Below, in pieces: positions 32,594 to 42,888 of a stretch of 64,000 nt of DNA; position 1 is the stretch's first letter; each line of letters opens with the position of its first letter. Made by a program: the position numbers and the translations under genes. Source of the stretch: Thermoplasmatota archaeon. Lineage in GTDB: Archaea; Thermoplasmatota; Penumbrarchaeia; Penumbrarchaeales; Penumbrarchaeaceae. The notes under the pieces are model-generated. The model did not search any database. It had not been told where the DNA came from and worked only from the letters and a program-made list of their open reading frames with translations. The stretch covers positions 64,001 to 128,000 of the forward strand of contig CBDDUX010000003.1 in assembly GCA_965234725.1 (NCBI GenBank), in the 5' to 3' direction.

Positions 32594-34015
32594 TTATGTC
32601 CTCTGATCCATATATTGAACACCTGTGACATCAAGGGATTCCACCATGACCTCCACCCCCAGCAAGGAAGAAAGGGACGGTTCTGTCCTTCCTCCGTCAC
32701 CATGAAGGAGCTCCTTTATGTAAAGACCTCCTTCGGTAGTGAGTTCGACCAAGGCTTTTCCGTCAGGAAGGACCTTGGCGGAGATCTGATACACAGTTCT
32801 TCGTCGAACCTTATCGGCTCTCCTATGGGCTACCCTTGTTGGCGTCCTCTGACCTATGGGACTTTGGGCAAGTAAAGAAATGCTGTATTTAAGGGTTTCT
32901 TCCGAGAACCCTCCATTTGTACTAATCAAAGCTCTGTAGCTCTTATTAGTTGTTCCTTCCTTTATTATGGGAACTTCCTTCCTTGTTGTTATCCGAAGGT
33001 CCGAGATCTCTACCTTATCACCATTATCGATCTTTATCCGTTCTTGGAAATCAACGAGATCGATCATCCTATTATGTGGTTTCGAGATCTCGATAATGAA
33101 CGGTCTACCAGTGCCAAGGGAAAGAACATCAATATCCTCTCTCCCCATTCCGTGTAACTTGAAATCATCCCCATTGAGGACTTTACATGGATAACTACCG
33201 ATCAGTTCTTCTACGGATGTTTCATACATCCTTCCGGTCCCTTTACATTGGGGACAACCTTTTCCTTTGCAGGTTCTGCAAGGCCACCTGGTCTGAGGTA
33301 TTCCCCTTACAAGCTTCCTGTATCTCCCGTAAATGAATACCGGTTTGACCTGTGTTTTGACCGTTTCATATAGCGGGTCGACGATGAACGCAATGTCAGG
33401 GTCCGACCTTTCATGTACCTTTTCCGGTTTTATTTCCCAGAACCTCTTTCCAATCGATCGATTAAGTTCCTCCTTCAATGGCTCAGGTGTAGGGGGATCA
33501 CTCTCCTGCCAGAGCATTTGCTCTCTCTCAACGGTCTGCGGGTCAACCTGGCATCCCACTAGGAAAGTTCCAAACTCCCAATTATTAGATTCATCAACGA
33601 CCTTCTGAACCAGTTCTTCCACTTTTTCGAAGATATCTTCACAAACCCAGCATTTGACCTGATCCTGATCCAGGTCTTCCCTAGGTCTCCTGAAGGAGGG
33701 TGTCTGAGGATCGTTCCATTCCGAGCTTTCCTCAATTGCCTCTTTGACCTCTATCTCCTCTTTAACACCACCATGTACAGGAAGTGATGTGGAAAGGTGA
33801 TCCGGCAAACCCTCTATTTTCGGGTTCGAGGTCTCCAATTCAAGTGCAAGAACATATCTTACAGACATTCCTCTCTCTTTATTTGTAAGACCAAAACCCG
33901 ACCTTGCAAACAACCTTCCAAGACACCTGTCACAGAGTTTCCTTCGAAGGGCCTTTATTGCCGTGTCCAGAACTCTACTGCCGGAATAGAGTTCAGCTTC
34001 TTCGTCAGAATTCAC
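32594..34015 (-). CDS. pus10: tRNA pseudouridine(54/55) synthase Pus10
   Basis: LCDRCLGRLF, YGRYRKLVRGIPQTRW, HGMGREDIDV, GRPF, QRTPTRVAHRRAD, GGLYIKEL. Confidence 0.93.
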   Translation of the reverse strand: MNSDEEAELYSGSRVLDTAIKALRRKLCDRCLGRLFARSGFGLTNKERGMSVRYVLALELETSNPKIEGLPDHLSTSLPVHGGVKEEIEVKEAIEESSEWNDPQTPSFRRPREDLDQDQVKCWVCEDIFEKVEELVQKVVDESNNWEFGTFLVGCQVDPQTVEREQMLWQESDPPTPEPLKEELNRSIGKRFWEIKPEKVHERSDPDIAFIVDPLYETVKTQVKPVFIYGRYRKLVRGIPQTRWPCRTCKGKGCPQCKGTGRMYETSVEELIGSYPCKVLNGDDFKLHGMGREDIDVLSLGTGRPFIIEISKPHNRMIDLVDFQERIKIDNGDKVEISDLRITTRKEVPIIKEGTTNKSYRALISTNGGFSEETLKYSISLLAQSPIGQRTPTRVAHRRADKVRRRTVYQISAKVLPDGKALVELTTEGGLYIKELLHGDGGRTEPSLSSLLGVEVMVESLDVTGVQYMDQRT

Positions 34016-34054
34016 ACCAAAAGAAGGGTTTGATATTTATTATGGTAGGTTGTC

Positions 34055-35035
34055 TCAATCGAAAATGTAGACAAGAAGGAATCCGATCTGCATTCCCATG
34101 AGGATAAGGTACATCTGCATCCATACAGGCGAGTTCTCGAAATGCTTGTCTTCCCTGTCGGCTTCTCTGAAAAAAAGGACTGTTACCACCAAGGCCCAAA
34201 ACAACATTACAATACTAAGGAAAATTGTTGAGAAGGGGAGGAGACCAAAGAACCAGTAGATACCAAGGATAAAAAATGGAATAATAAGGAAGGGAATGGA
34301 AAGGAAGATCGCAGCCTTTTTACCATAGACAACAGGAAGGGTCCTGATCCCAAATTTCTTATCACCCTTGATATCAGTGAAGTCCTTTGCCGTAGTGGAG
34401 CCGATAAGGAAGACGCCCATGATCGATCCGATGAGCCAAGGAATTGGATTCCACGGGTCAGCTGTAATACTCCAGGCAGCAACCATTCCAAGGACCCCTC
34501 GAGGGATCGCAATGGATAGGTTGGCAATCCATAGTCTTTTCTTGAATCTGATGGGGGGGATCGAATAGAGGACAGTAATTATCGCAAGGAATGTAATGAA
34601 GAAGAAGAACCACCTGTTGACAAGGGCGGCCCTCCAGAGTGAGAGACCATAAAGGAACAATGCCAACCAGAAGCCTTCCTTTGGAGATACTATTCGAGAA
34701 GGTATGGGTCTGTATGCTTTGTTGACCTTGTCAATATCCCTATCGTAGACCTGGTTAAGGATATTTGAAGCAGCGTTCACAAGTATCAGGGAGATTATCC
34801 CGGAGAGGAGTTTAAGGAATGGAAGTCCGTTCCAAACAAGGAACGGATACCCGGTTGATATGGAGGGGGCGGATAGCTTATCTGTAGCTATCAGTCCAAG
34901 AAAGGACCCTGATAAACCTCCGAGAAGAGGTGCAAGAAGTGTAAAAGGTCTGACCAGATCGATAAAGGCCCTGAACCTTTTCGGTGCATAGACCGTCTTT
35001 TCAATTGGGTCCTTCATGAATAATTTGGGTGACAA
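34055..35035 (-). CDS. UbiA-family prenyltransferase (DGGGP-synthase-like)
   Basis: RPFT, NQVYDRDIDKVNKAYRPIPS, YSIPPIRFK, KDFTDIKGD...TLPV. Confidence 0.85.
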   Translation of the reverse strand: MSPKLFMKDPIEKTVYAPKRFRAFIDLVRPFTLLAPLLGGLSGSFLGLIATDKLSAPSISTGYPFLVWNGLPFLKLLSGIISLILVNAASNILNQVYDRDIDKVNKAYRPIPSRIVSPKEGFWLALFLYGLSLWRAALVNRWFFFFITFLAIITVLYSIPPIRFKKRLWIANLSIAIPRGVLGMVAAWSITADPWNPIPWLIGSIMGVFLIGSTTAKDFTDIKGDKKFGIRTLPVVYGKKAAIFLSIPFLIIPFFILGIYWFFGLLPFSTIFLSIVMLFWALVVTVLFFREADREDKHFENSPVWMQMYLILMGMQIGFLLVYIFD

Positions 35036-35112
35036 TTTATTTCACTCAATGGTTCTAGCCTTATCTTTAACTTAAAACTTTTCAGTGAACCCTGGAGCAA
35101 TTATAAATCTGG

Positions 35113-35763
35113 ATGTATGACTTCCGCAGTATGGACATTCCTCACACATTCGGTGGCATTTGCTACCAGGAAACAAAAGGGGTATATCCCGTCGAAAGGG
35201 ATACGCTGATGATCATAGAGGCACTTGAGAGAGAAATTGAAGGCTCAAAAACGCTTATTGACATGGGATGTGGTACTGGATTGGTCACGCTCTATGCATC
35301 CTCCAAGGGCCTATCTACCATTTCTGTCGATAGGGAACCATTGGCATTGATCCAATTAAGGAAGAACCTTTGTATCAATGAACTGATCTCAAAAATTTTC
35401 CTGTCTGATCTTTATGAGGGTATACCTAGATCCTACCATGGCTTCGCCGATATCATTACTTTCAATCCACCATATCTTCCGGGAGACCTGAACCACTATG
35501 AGAGAAGGTTGGACCTTCCCCTGATCGGGGGAGAAAGAGGTTGGGAAACCGCATCTCGGTTCCTCCAGGATTCCATTCCCTTTTTATCGGTAAATGGTAT
35601 GATCATCCTTTTGTGTTATGAGGATTGGTCTATTGATGATCTTGATCCACTCGGCAATTTCATTTGTTCCAAAAATCCACTGATCAAACGAGACCTGGAT
35701 GGTGAGAGGTTATGTGTCCTTTCCTTTCAAATAGCAAAAAAGAATATATCAAATATGGAATAG
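35113..35763 (+). CDS. HemK2/MTQ2-like SAM methyltransferase
   Basis: VYPVERDT, DMGCGTG, FNPPYLP, GGERG. Confidence 0.8.
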   Translation: MYDFRSMDIPHTFGGICYQETKGVYPVERDTLMIIEALEREIEGSKTLIDMGCGTGLVTLYASSKGLSTISVDREPLALIQLRKNLCINELISKIFLSDLYEGIPRSYHGFADIITFNPPYLPGDLNHYERRLDLPLIGGERGWETASRFLQDSIPFLSVNGMIILLCYEDWSIDDLDPLGNFICSKNPLIKRDLDGERLCVLSFQIAKKNISNME

Positions 35764-35782
35764 AAGTGGACGGAGACAAATC

Positions 35783-36637
35783 ATGATCGTGATCAAACTT
35801 GGAGGTTCATCGATTACCTACAAGAAAGAAGACAGTTTGCCTCCATATCTTCCTAACGAACTGTCCAGGACATATAGGGTGAAGGAAAGGACCATCCATA
35901 GAATAGGTTCTCTACTATCTGATTTCAAGGAAGAGAGATTGATCATCATCCATGGAGGAGGTACACATGGTCACAGGACGGTCAACAGGTGGAGAATGGG
36001 GATCAGGAAAGGTACAGAACAGATGATGGCATGGGAGGTGAAATGGAGGATGGACCAGCTCACCGGGATAGTGATAAAGACCCTGGGAGAGGAGAAGGTC
36101 CCAGTAGTATCAGTTCCAACATCCACTATTACCCTTTCCGATCAAGGCGAGGTGGTAGGATTATCCTATTCTCCGATAAAATGGATTTTGGAAAGGGGTT
36201 CCATTCCTGTTCTGAGGGGGGACATGGTTCCGGATGTGAATGGTGGATGGTCAGTTATATCCGGGGATACCCTCATCCAAGAACTTTGTAAAAATGGGAA
36301 AGAAGAACTTGAACCGATCTCCAAGGTGGTAATGATCCTGGATGTTGAAGGTTTTCTTGATCCAGAGAATGGTGAATTGATCAGGGATATCGATAGGATC
36401 ATCTTCCTATCTAACCGTGAGAAATGGGAAAAGCTTCTTGTAAAGAATCCAGGTGATGTCAGTGGAGGTATCTGGGGGAAAGTGAGAACATGTTATGGAT
36501 CGGCAGCCATGGGAGTTGAAAGTTTCATGATAGGAAGTGAGAACATTGAAGGATTGAATGAGATCCTCCATGGCGGCAATGCAGGGACAAGATTCATTCC
36601 CTTTCAAGAGCAGGTGCTCAAGGAGGATCGGAAATGA
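35783..36637 (+). CDS. ipk: Isopentenyl phosphate kinase
   Basis: KLGGSSIT, IHGGGTHGH, PVLRGD, ISGD, DVSGGIWGK; overlaps the IDI-2 start. Confidence 0.85.
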   Translation: MIVIKLGGSSITYKKEDSLPPYLPNELSRTYRVKERTIHRIGSLLSDFKEERLIIIHGGGTHGHRTVNRWRMGIRKGTEQMMAWEVKWRMDQLTGIVIKTLGEEKVPVVSVPTSTITLSDQGEVVGLSYSPIKWILERGSIPVLRGDMVPDVNGGWSVISGDTLIQELCKNGKEELEPISKVVMILDVEGFLDPENGELIRDIDRIIFLSNREKWEKLLVKNPGDVSGGIWGKVRTCYGSAAMGVESFMIGSENIEGLNEILHGGNAGTRFIPFQEQVLKEDRK

Positions 36638-37695
36638 CAATAGATGGGAGGAAGGACGATCATATACGTATATGTCTTGAAGAAGATGTACAGGCAACCA
36701 GGAATTACTGGGATGATATTATTATCCCACACAGGGCCATACCGTGCGATGATCTTCAAGAGATAGACCTTTCAACAGAACTATTGGGGCGAAAATTATC
36801 TGCTCCATTGGTAATCTCTGCAATGACTGGTGGGACAAAACAAGCAGAAAGATACAATGGCCTCCTTGCTAGGGTGGCATCAGAATTCGGTATAGGTTTA
36901 GGGGTGGGTTCACAACGTGCCGGGATAGAGAAAAAGGAACACAGACCAAGTTACGAGATAGTTAGGGATTTCGATATCCCCCTTGTTCTTGGAAACCTCG
37001 GAGCGCCTCAGTTCTCCAGTTCCATCAGAGATGGAAGGTATGGTCATAAGGATATTGTATCGGCTCTTGAAATGGTCGGAGCACATGGAATCTGCATACA
37101 CCTGAATTATCTTCAGGAGGTCATCCAGCCTGAAGGAGATTGCTTTGTTAAGGGGATAAGAGACTCGATCAAAGAACTCTCAGTTGAATTTAAAATAATT
37201 GCTAAAGAGACTGGTGCGGGAATTTCTCGTGAGGATGCTCTCTTTTTAAAAAGATCCGGTATATCCGCAATCGATGTGGGTGGAATGTCAGGGACCACCT
37301 TTTCTGGAGTAGAGTCTTACAGGGAGGACCCTACCGGAAGAGCATCTCGAATGGGTAGGACCTTGTGGAACTGGGGTATTCCAACACCTGTTTCCCTCAT
37401 AGAAGCCGATGTAGGCCTCCCATTGATAGGAACCGGTGGCCTGAGGAATGGACTAGATGTGGCAAGAGCTATTTCTTTGGGGGCAACGACAGGGGGAATG
37501 GCCTGGACGATCCTGAAAGCGGCTTCTAAGGGGTATGAAAGCTTGAAAGCTGAGATCTCTTCGATCATCGAGGAGATTAGGGCAGTGATGTTCCTATCGG
37601 GTGTATCGAATGTGAGTGAGCTGAAAAGAATAGAACCTTGGATCATTGGACCAACCGGGCGTATATTGGATCAAATACGTGCAAATGGACGATAA
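36634..37695 (+). CDS. fni: Type 2 isopentenyl-diphosphate isomerase
   Basis: RKDDH, SAMTGG, GVGSQR, HLNYLQEVIQPEGD, KETGAG, WGIPT, GGLRNGLD. Confidence 0.93.
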   Translation: MTIDGRKDDHIRICLEEDVQATRNYWDDIIIPHRAIPCDDLQEIDLSTELLGRKLSAPLVISAMTGGTKQAERYNGLLARVASEFGIGLGVGSQRAGIEKKEHRPSYEIVRDFDIPLVLGNLGAPQFSSSIRDGRYGHKDIVSALEMVGAHGICIHLNYLQEVIQPEGDCFVKGIRDSIKELSVEFKIIAKETGAGISREDALFLKRSGISAIDVGGMSGTTFSGVESYREDPTGRASRMGRTLWNWGIPTPVSLIEADVGLPLIGTGGLRNGLDVARAISLGATTGGMAWTILKAASKGYESLKAEISSIIEEIRAVMFLSGVSNVSELKRIEPWIIGPTGRILDQIRANGR

Positions 37696-37811
37696 TATCA
37701 CTTTATGATAACTTTGGATTATCAGCGAAATCTTTAATATAAAACCAGGGAATGGTTCAATTCAGAGAAGCTATTGTTCCGAATACCGGACGGTCAGGCA
37801 AGGGATATATT

Positions 37812-39068
37812 ATGGGTATTATAGACTGGATCAGGGGAAGAAGGAAGAAACCTTCATCCGGATTACCCAGAGGTAAAGGTCCAGCTGTAGAAAGGAAACG
37901 GGGTAGAAAGGAGGAAATGGAACCCATTTTGGAAGAGCTGGAGATCGAAAGGATCCGCAACAGAGAACAGGAGAACAGGATACAAGAAATGGAACAGAGA
38001 TTCAACTCTCTTCAATCAAGATGGGCCTCCATGTTGGAACATCAGCAGACCACTATGATCAAATTGATAGAAAAGGGAGATGAAGAGGCAGATCCTGAAG
38101 GTGTCGTTTCATCAGGAAAAAAGAGAAAAGGAAAGTCCTCCCAGAAAAAGGGAAGTTCTTCATCCATCTCCCGTTTTTCATCCCCTGTCCTTCCAGAAAA
38201 GAAGTTCGAGAATTTCGTGGTCGACGATTCAAACAGATTCCCCTATCTTGCTTCGGAAGCTGTTGCTATTGGAAAAGGAAGAAAGTACAATCCTCTTTTC
38301 ATTTTCGGACCGGTGGGAGTTGGAAAAACACATTTACTGCATTCTATCGCCAACAGGATGCGTGAAAATAACGGCGACCTTAAGATACTCTATTCATCTA
38401 CAGAAAGGTTCACTGATGAATTGATAAGGTACCTTGATTCCGATGATATCAGGGGATTTAGGAATCTTTACCAGGAGGTCGATGTTCTCCTTGTCGATGA
38501 TATTCAGATGTTATCAGGCAGAGAGGCGACCCAGAAGGAATTCTTTCACATGTTCAATTACCTATACAACTCCGGAAAACAGATCGTCCTTTGCTCTGAC
38601 AGGCCTCCAAGCGATATCAAGGAGCTTGAAACCAGGCTCAGGTCAAGGTTCGAGGGAGGTCTGATAATCGACATCCAGGTTCCCACTTTCGAGGGAAGGA
38701 AGCAGATCCTCCTAAATCTATCTCAGATGGAAGGTTTCTCTATTTCATCGGAGGTTCTGGATTATCTATCATTCTACCTTGATTCCTCAGTAAGGGAGCT
38801 GGAAGGTGGGTTCAACAGAGTGACAGCCTATGCTTCCCTAATGAAGGAACCAATTACGGTTAACCTGGTCAGGAAAGTATTGGAAGGGTCGCTACAGAGA
38901 AGGGAATCTGTTCGGAAGGAAGATGAAGCTCAAAAGGAAGACCACCGCAGGTATGCTGAAAGTGAAACACATCAGGAAGAAGGCCCATACGATGATCTAG
39001 ACCTTGAGGAAGAGACCGATATGATCGAGGAGGAACTCCTTCAGGAACTGAGGAAAAAACCCCAATGA
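37812..39068 (+). CDS. DnaA/Hda-family AAA+ ATPase lacking DNA-binding domain IV
   Basis: FENFVV..SN, YNPLFIFGPVGVGKTHLL, LLVDDIQ, QKEFFHMFN, SDRPP, RLRSRFEGGL, VRELEG; ends in an acidic tail. Start adjusted from 37752. Confidence 0.85.
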   Translation: MGIIDWIRGRRKKPSSGLPRGKGPAVERKRGRKEEMEPILEELEIERIRNREQENRIQEMEQRFNSLQSRWASMLEHQQTTMIKLIEKGDEEADPEGVVSSGKKRKGKSSQKKGSSSSISRFSSPVLPEKKFENFVVDDSNRFPYLASEAVAIGKGRKYNPLFIFGPVGVGKTHLLHSIANRMRENNGDLKILYSSTERFTDELIRYLDSDDIRGFRNLYQEVDVLLVDDIQMLSGREATQKEFFHMFNYLYNSGKQIVLCSDRPPSDIKELETRLRSRFEGGLIIDIQVPTFEGRKQILLNLSQMEGFSISSEVLDYLSFYLDSSVRELEGGFNRVTAYASLMKEPITVNLVRKVLEGSLQRRESVRKEDEAQKEDHRRYAESETHQEEGPYDDLDLEEETDMIEEELLQELRKKPQ

Positions 39069-39140
39069 TGCATCAATAAAAGAATATCCAACAGATAAGT
39101 TATATATTATCAGATTTAGTTAAGGTTACAGGTGGGATAA

Positions 39141-39812
39141 ATGGACCGAGTAGGGGAAATCGAAAGAAGTGGCTTTGATGAATACCCGAGGACCGAGATG
39201 TACTTGCCAAAAAGGATTGGTTCTTACCTTCTCGATCTGGCAGTATCAAGCTTCATCGTGATAATGATTTTCTATTTTGCAGGTGGCGACCTGGAAGACC
39301 CATGGACCTGGTTGATCATAATTGGAATATCAGGAATAACTTCCATACTCCTCAAGGCCGTATTGGAGACAGCGACGAGTAGGTCCATAGGCAAGGCAGT
39401 ATTTGGATTGAAGGTGATCTCCCTATATGGAGAGATCGGTTTCGGGCAGATCATTACAAGGAATATTTTCGCGGTCATTCCGATAATAGGGCCATTCGTT
39501 GACTTCATATTCGGAAAGGGATCAGCGGAAGATGACAGACAGAAGCTTATGGACATCCAGTCTGGAACACTTGTTGTGGAGGATCTGGCAATTCCTGTGG
39601 AAGAACCCAGAGTAAGGGTGTACAGGGAACCTGTCAAGATGGAACCCAAGGAGAAGATGAAGCTCGATTTTAGGTCAATCAGGGTAGGTCATTGCCCTAG
39701 ATGCGGAGCTCCTTACAGGATCACACCTCCAAATGACACCTCATTTTCCGGTCTCTGGAATCACAGGTGCACATGGTGCAATCATCTTATTACCATGGAT
39801 GATAATGAATAA
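39141..39812 (+). CDS. RDD-family membrane protein with C-terminal zinc ribbon
   Basis: KRIGSYLLD, SIGKAVFGLKV, RQKLMD..SGTLVV; CPRC...CTWC. Confidence 0.8.
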   Translation: MDRVGEIERSGFDEYPRTEMYLPKRIGSYLLDLAVSSFIVIMIFYFAGGDLEDPWTWLIIIGISGITSILLKAVLETATSRSIGKAVFGLKVISLYGEIGFGQIITRNIFAVIPIIGPFVDFIFGKGSAEDDRQKLMDIQSGTLVVEDLAIPVEEPRVRVYREPVKMEPKEKMKLDFRSIRVGHCPRCGAPYRITPPNDTSFSGLWNHRCTWCNHLITMDDNE

Positions 39813-39851
39813 GGGGTATGATTATAACAAGATCAAGCATATGGTTGATCG

Positions 39852-40808
39852 ATGCCTATATCATGCGACAGGTGCAAGCTACCATCCATAATATTCATAA
39901 GGTATTCTGGCCAGCATCTTTGTTCCATCCATTTTCTTGATCTAATAAGACGCAGGGTCAAAAAAGAGATGAGATCCCAGAAGGTCTTCAAAAAGGGAAG
40001 AAAGGTGGGAATTGCAGTTTCCGGTGGTAAGGATAGCCTACTTTTATTGAAATTGGTCAATGAGGTCTCTTCAAAATTAAAAGCACCTCCCCCAGTGGCC
40101 ATAACGATCGATGAAGGGATAGCCGGTTATAGGCCATCTTCTTTGGATCTTGTAAGGAAAGTAGTGGAAGAATCTGAGGTCGAATTGAAGATCATTTCCT
40201 TCAAGGACCTCTACGGGAAGACCATGGACGAGCTGGTGATCTCCAGTGGAATGGGACCATGTTCCATATGTGGGATACTAAGAAGAAAGGCCCTCAACCA
40301 GGGTGCTGTAGAGACTGGAAGCGGTATTCTCCTTACAGGTCATAATCTGGATGATACGGCACAGACAATTTTAATGAATGTACTGCAGGCTGATGTGAAT
40401 CGTCTCGCCCGTCTTGGGCCCCACCTTGATCCAATAGATGGATTCATTCCAAGAGCAATGCCTTTAAGGACCACACCGGAGACTGAGACATATCTTTCGG
40501 CTGTCCTTCTTGGTCTACCGATACATGGGCTGGAGTGCCCATACTCCGGATCAGCAAAAAGGGGCCATTACAGGGATATGATCCTTAAGTTGGAAGAGGA
40601 GACACCAGGGACCAGACATTCTCTACTTCGATTCTATGATCAAGTGGCACCCTTGATCCCCAGATCAAAACCCATTACGATCCCATGTATGGGATGCGGA
40701 GAACCCGTAATAGAAAATGAACGAAAAACATTATGCCGATCCTGTTCAATAATGAATGAAATTAGAAAGGACAATGACAGGAGAAGATCTAAGGGGGTAA
40801 TAAAATGA
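39852..40808 (+). CDS. tRNA 2-thiolation enzyme, TtuA/Ncs6 family
   Basis: CxxC...CxxH, SGGKDS, CSICGILRR, TGHNLDD, CPYS and a C-terminal zinc finger. Confidence 0.9.
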   Translation: MPISCDRCKLPSIIFIRYSGQHLCSIHFLDLIRRRVKKEMRSQKVFKKGRKVGIAVSGGKDSLLLLKLVNEVSSKLKAPPPVAITIDEGIAGYRPSSLDLVRKVVEESEVELKIISFKDLYGKTMDELVISSGMGPCSICGILRRKALNQGAVETGSGILLTGHNLDDTAQTILMNVLQADVNRLARLGPHLDPIDGFIPRAMPLRTTPETETYLSAVLLGLPIHGLECPYSGSAKRGHYRDMILKLEEETPGTRHSLLRFYDQVAPLIPRSKPITIPCMGCGEPVIENERKTLCRSCSIMNEIRKDNDRRRSKGVIK

Positions 40809-41434
40809 AAAGAAAGAGGTTGGAGATGATACTTTCCGATCTTCCCCATATGATGGAACCAAGACCAGACCTTGAACAATACAGGACCCCATCTCCCATG
40901 GTATGTGACATTCTCTATGAAGCGCTAGGACGTGGAGATATCGAGGATAAAAAGGTTTGTGAGCTTGGCTGTGGGGGGGCTCCCTTCGCAATAGGTTCAT
41001 GGATACTTGGTGCGAAGGAGGTTCTGGGCATTGATGTCGATGATAAAGCCCTTGGTCTTGCCAAAACGAACGTTGAAAAAGCCAGATCCAGTTTGAAGGA
41101 TGTCCCACATGCACCTTTCGAGTTCATGCTCCATGATCTAAAGGAGAAGATACCTCTTTCACCCAGGTTCGATACTGTGATGATGAATCCACCTTTTGGA
41201 GCACAGAACAGACATGCTGATCGTCCATTTATTGAAAGAGCCCTGGAGATCTCACACGTTTGCTATTCCATCCATAACGGCAACTCCTATGTTTTCTTGA
41301 AAAGCATCTCAAAAGCATTAAAAGCCGATATGGAGGTCCTGTGGGAGGATTCTCTCGAGATACCGGCAATGTTCCACTTTCATACAAAAGAAAGAACATC
41401 TGTAGGTGTTGTGATTGTGAGGTTCTCAAAATGA
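40805..41434 (+). CDS. METTL5-family methyltransferase
   Basis: LEQYRTP, ELGCGG, MNPPFGAQNRHADRPF, FHFH. Confidence 0.9.
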   Translation: MKRKRLEMILSDLPHMMEPRPDLEQYRTPSPMVCDILYEALGRGDIEDKKVCELGCGGAPFAIGSWILGAKEVLGIDVDDKALGLAKTNVEKARSSLKDVPHAPFEFMLHDLKEKIPLSPRFDTVMMNPPFGAQNRHADRPFIERALEISHVCYSIHNGNSYVFLKSISKALKADMEVLWEDSLEIPAMFHFHTKERTSVGVVIVRFSK

Positions 41435-42832
41435 TCAATCAAGCATGTTGAAGTCCTCGTAAATGATATTCCGGTTATGGATACCCAGACCCTTGAATCC
41501 TTTGGAAAGTCCGTACATCATACCGGGAGGACCGCACATGAAGATAGCCCTATTCAGGAGTACTTCCTTACCACCTATGATATCAACGATATCGGACGCT
41601 GTTATCCTGCCTTTTTCAGAAGTGAACCAATGAATGTAATCGAACTGCTCATTCCGTTTTGCTTCCACGAAGAGCTCACTATCATGGAATGCATCTTTTC
41701 TGTTCTTGATCACCCATATAAGATGGATCCTTCTTCCGGTTGATGATATGGTTTCATGTTTTGCAAGGGAAAGGAATGGAGTAATACCTATACCTCCCGC
41801 TATCCAGATCATGTCCCTACTGTGTCGTAGATATTTCTCTCCGAACTTTCCATATGGCCCCATCACAACCGCTTCATCTCCTTTCTGAAGAGCTGGAACC
41901 TTATTCCTTGTATAATCTCCACCTCTCCTTATGGAAAGCCTGATCACTTCTCCTCTGGGTTCGCTTGAGATGGAAAATGGAAAAAGCTCCTTGTATCCTT
42001 CAAACCTGGGGAATCTTATGAACAGATACTGACCAGGTTGGAAGTGGAATCCATCTGGTTTGTAAAAATAAATTTCAGTGATGTCCTTTAAGTGCTCCAC
42101 CCTGTCCAAAGTAACATTGAATTTGGGGCCCACTATCTTGTAGAAAAATAGCATGTAGAGCCACGATACCATTCCCCATGTACAAATGAAAATTACCCAG
42201 AATCTGAGGGCAGAATATTGAGCAAGGTCAGAACCGGAAGATACCGCATGAAAACCAGAGAGCAAGAGTACTATACCAAGGAACTTATGGCTATTATGCC
42301 ACCAGTGATATGGGATATTGATCGCTACGGTCAATGTTATCAACACCAAGAAAAGATATACTGCTATAATACCGGCCGAGACATCGATTCCACCAACTGG
42401 AACAATTAATTCCATTATTTCATTGAGATCGGGTACCTTTGATATCATCAGGAACATTGGATGGAGCAGGATGAAAAGAAGGGAGGACCTCCCCACCACT
42501 TTATGGACCCTGTACATTCTGTCCAGACCATGGAACATGTCCTCAAGGAATTTGAACCGGGCACTAAGAACAAAGTTCAAGGACAGAGTGGATATGGCCA
42601 TGAATGCATTGAACTTGGCAAGTGCGATCAGGGGATTATTCACCGAATCAGGATCGTAACTCAACCAGATGAGAATAGGTGAGAGAATGAGGATCATGAT
42701 CAGAAGGGAACCAGGACTTACAACCTGTGTTCTCTTTAAACCATCGAACATCTCCAGGGGAAGGAATCCTTTGATCCAACCTTTTTTTAGAAGGTTATTT
42801 TTATTAGTTCTTTCACCATTGTTTTTTATCAT
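41435..42832 (-). CDS. Ferric-reductase-like transmembrane domain fused to an FNR (FAD/NAD) domain
   Basis: Heme-type His in HKVVG, LLHP, SHK and FHA; FQPGQY, PFSISS, GPYG, IAGGIGITPF, MCGPP, EDF. Confidence 0.85.
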   Translation of the reverse strand: MIKNNGERTNKNNLLKKGWIKGFLPLEMFDGLKRTQVVSPGSLLIMILILSPILIWLSYDPDSVNNPLIALAKFNAFMAISTLSLNFVLSARFKFLEDMFHGLDRMYRVHKVVGRSSLLFILLHPMFLMISKVPDLNEIMELIVPVGGIDVSAGIIAVYLFLVLITLTVAINIPYHWWHNSHKFLGIVLLLSGFHAVSSGSDLAQYSALRFWVIFICTWGMVSWLYMLFFYKIVGPKFNVTLDRVEHLKDITEIYFYKPDGFHFQPGQYLFIRFPRFEGYKELFPFSISSEPRGEVIRLSIRRGGDYTRNKVPALQKGDEAVVMGPYGKFGEKYLRHSRDMIWIAGGIGITPFLSLAKHETISSTGRRIHLIWVIKNRKDAFHDSELFVEAKRNEQFDYIHWFTSEKGRITASDIVDIIGGKEVLLNRAIFMCGPPGMMYGLSKGFKGLGIHNRNIIYEDFNMLD

Positions 42833-42888
42833 CGCTCTTGTATCAATTGAATTAATTTAAAACTTTCATGGATGATGTCTAGCATTCT

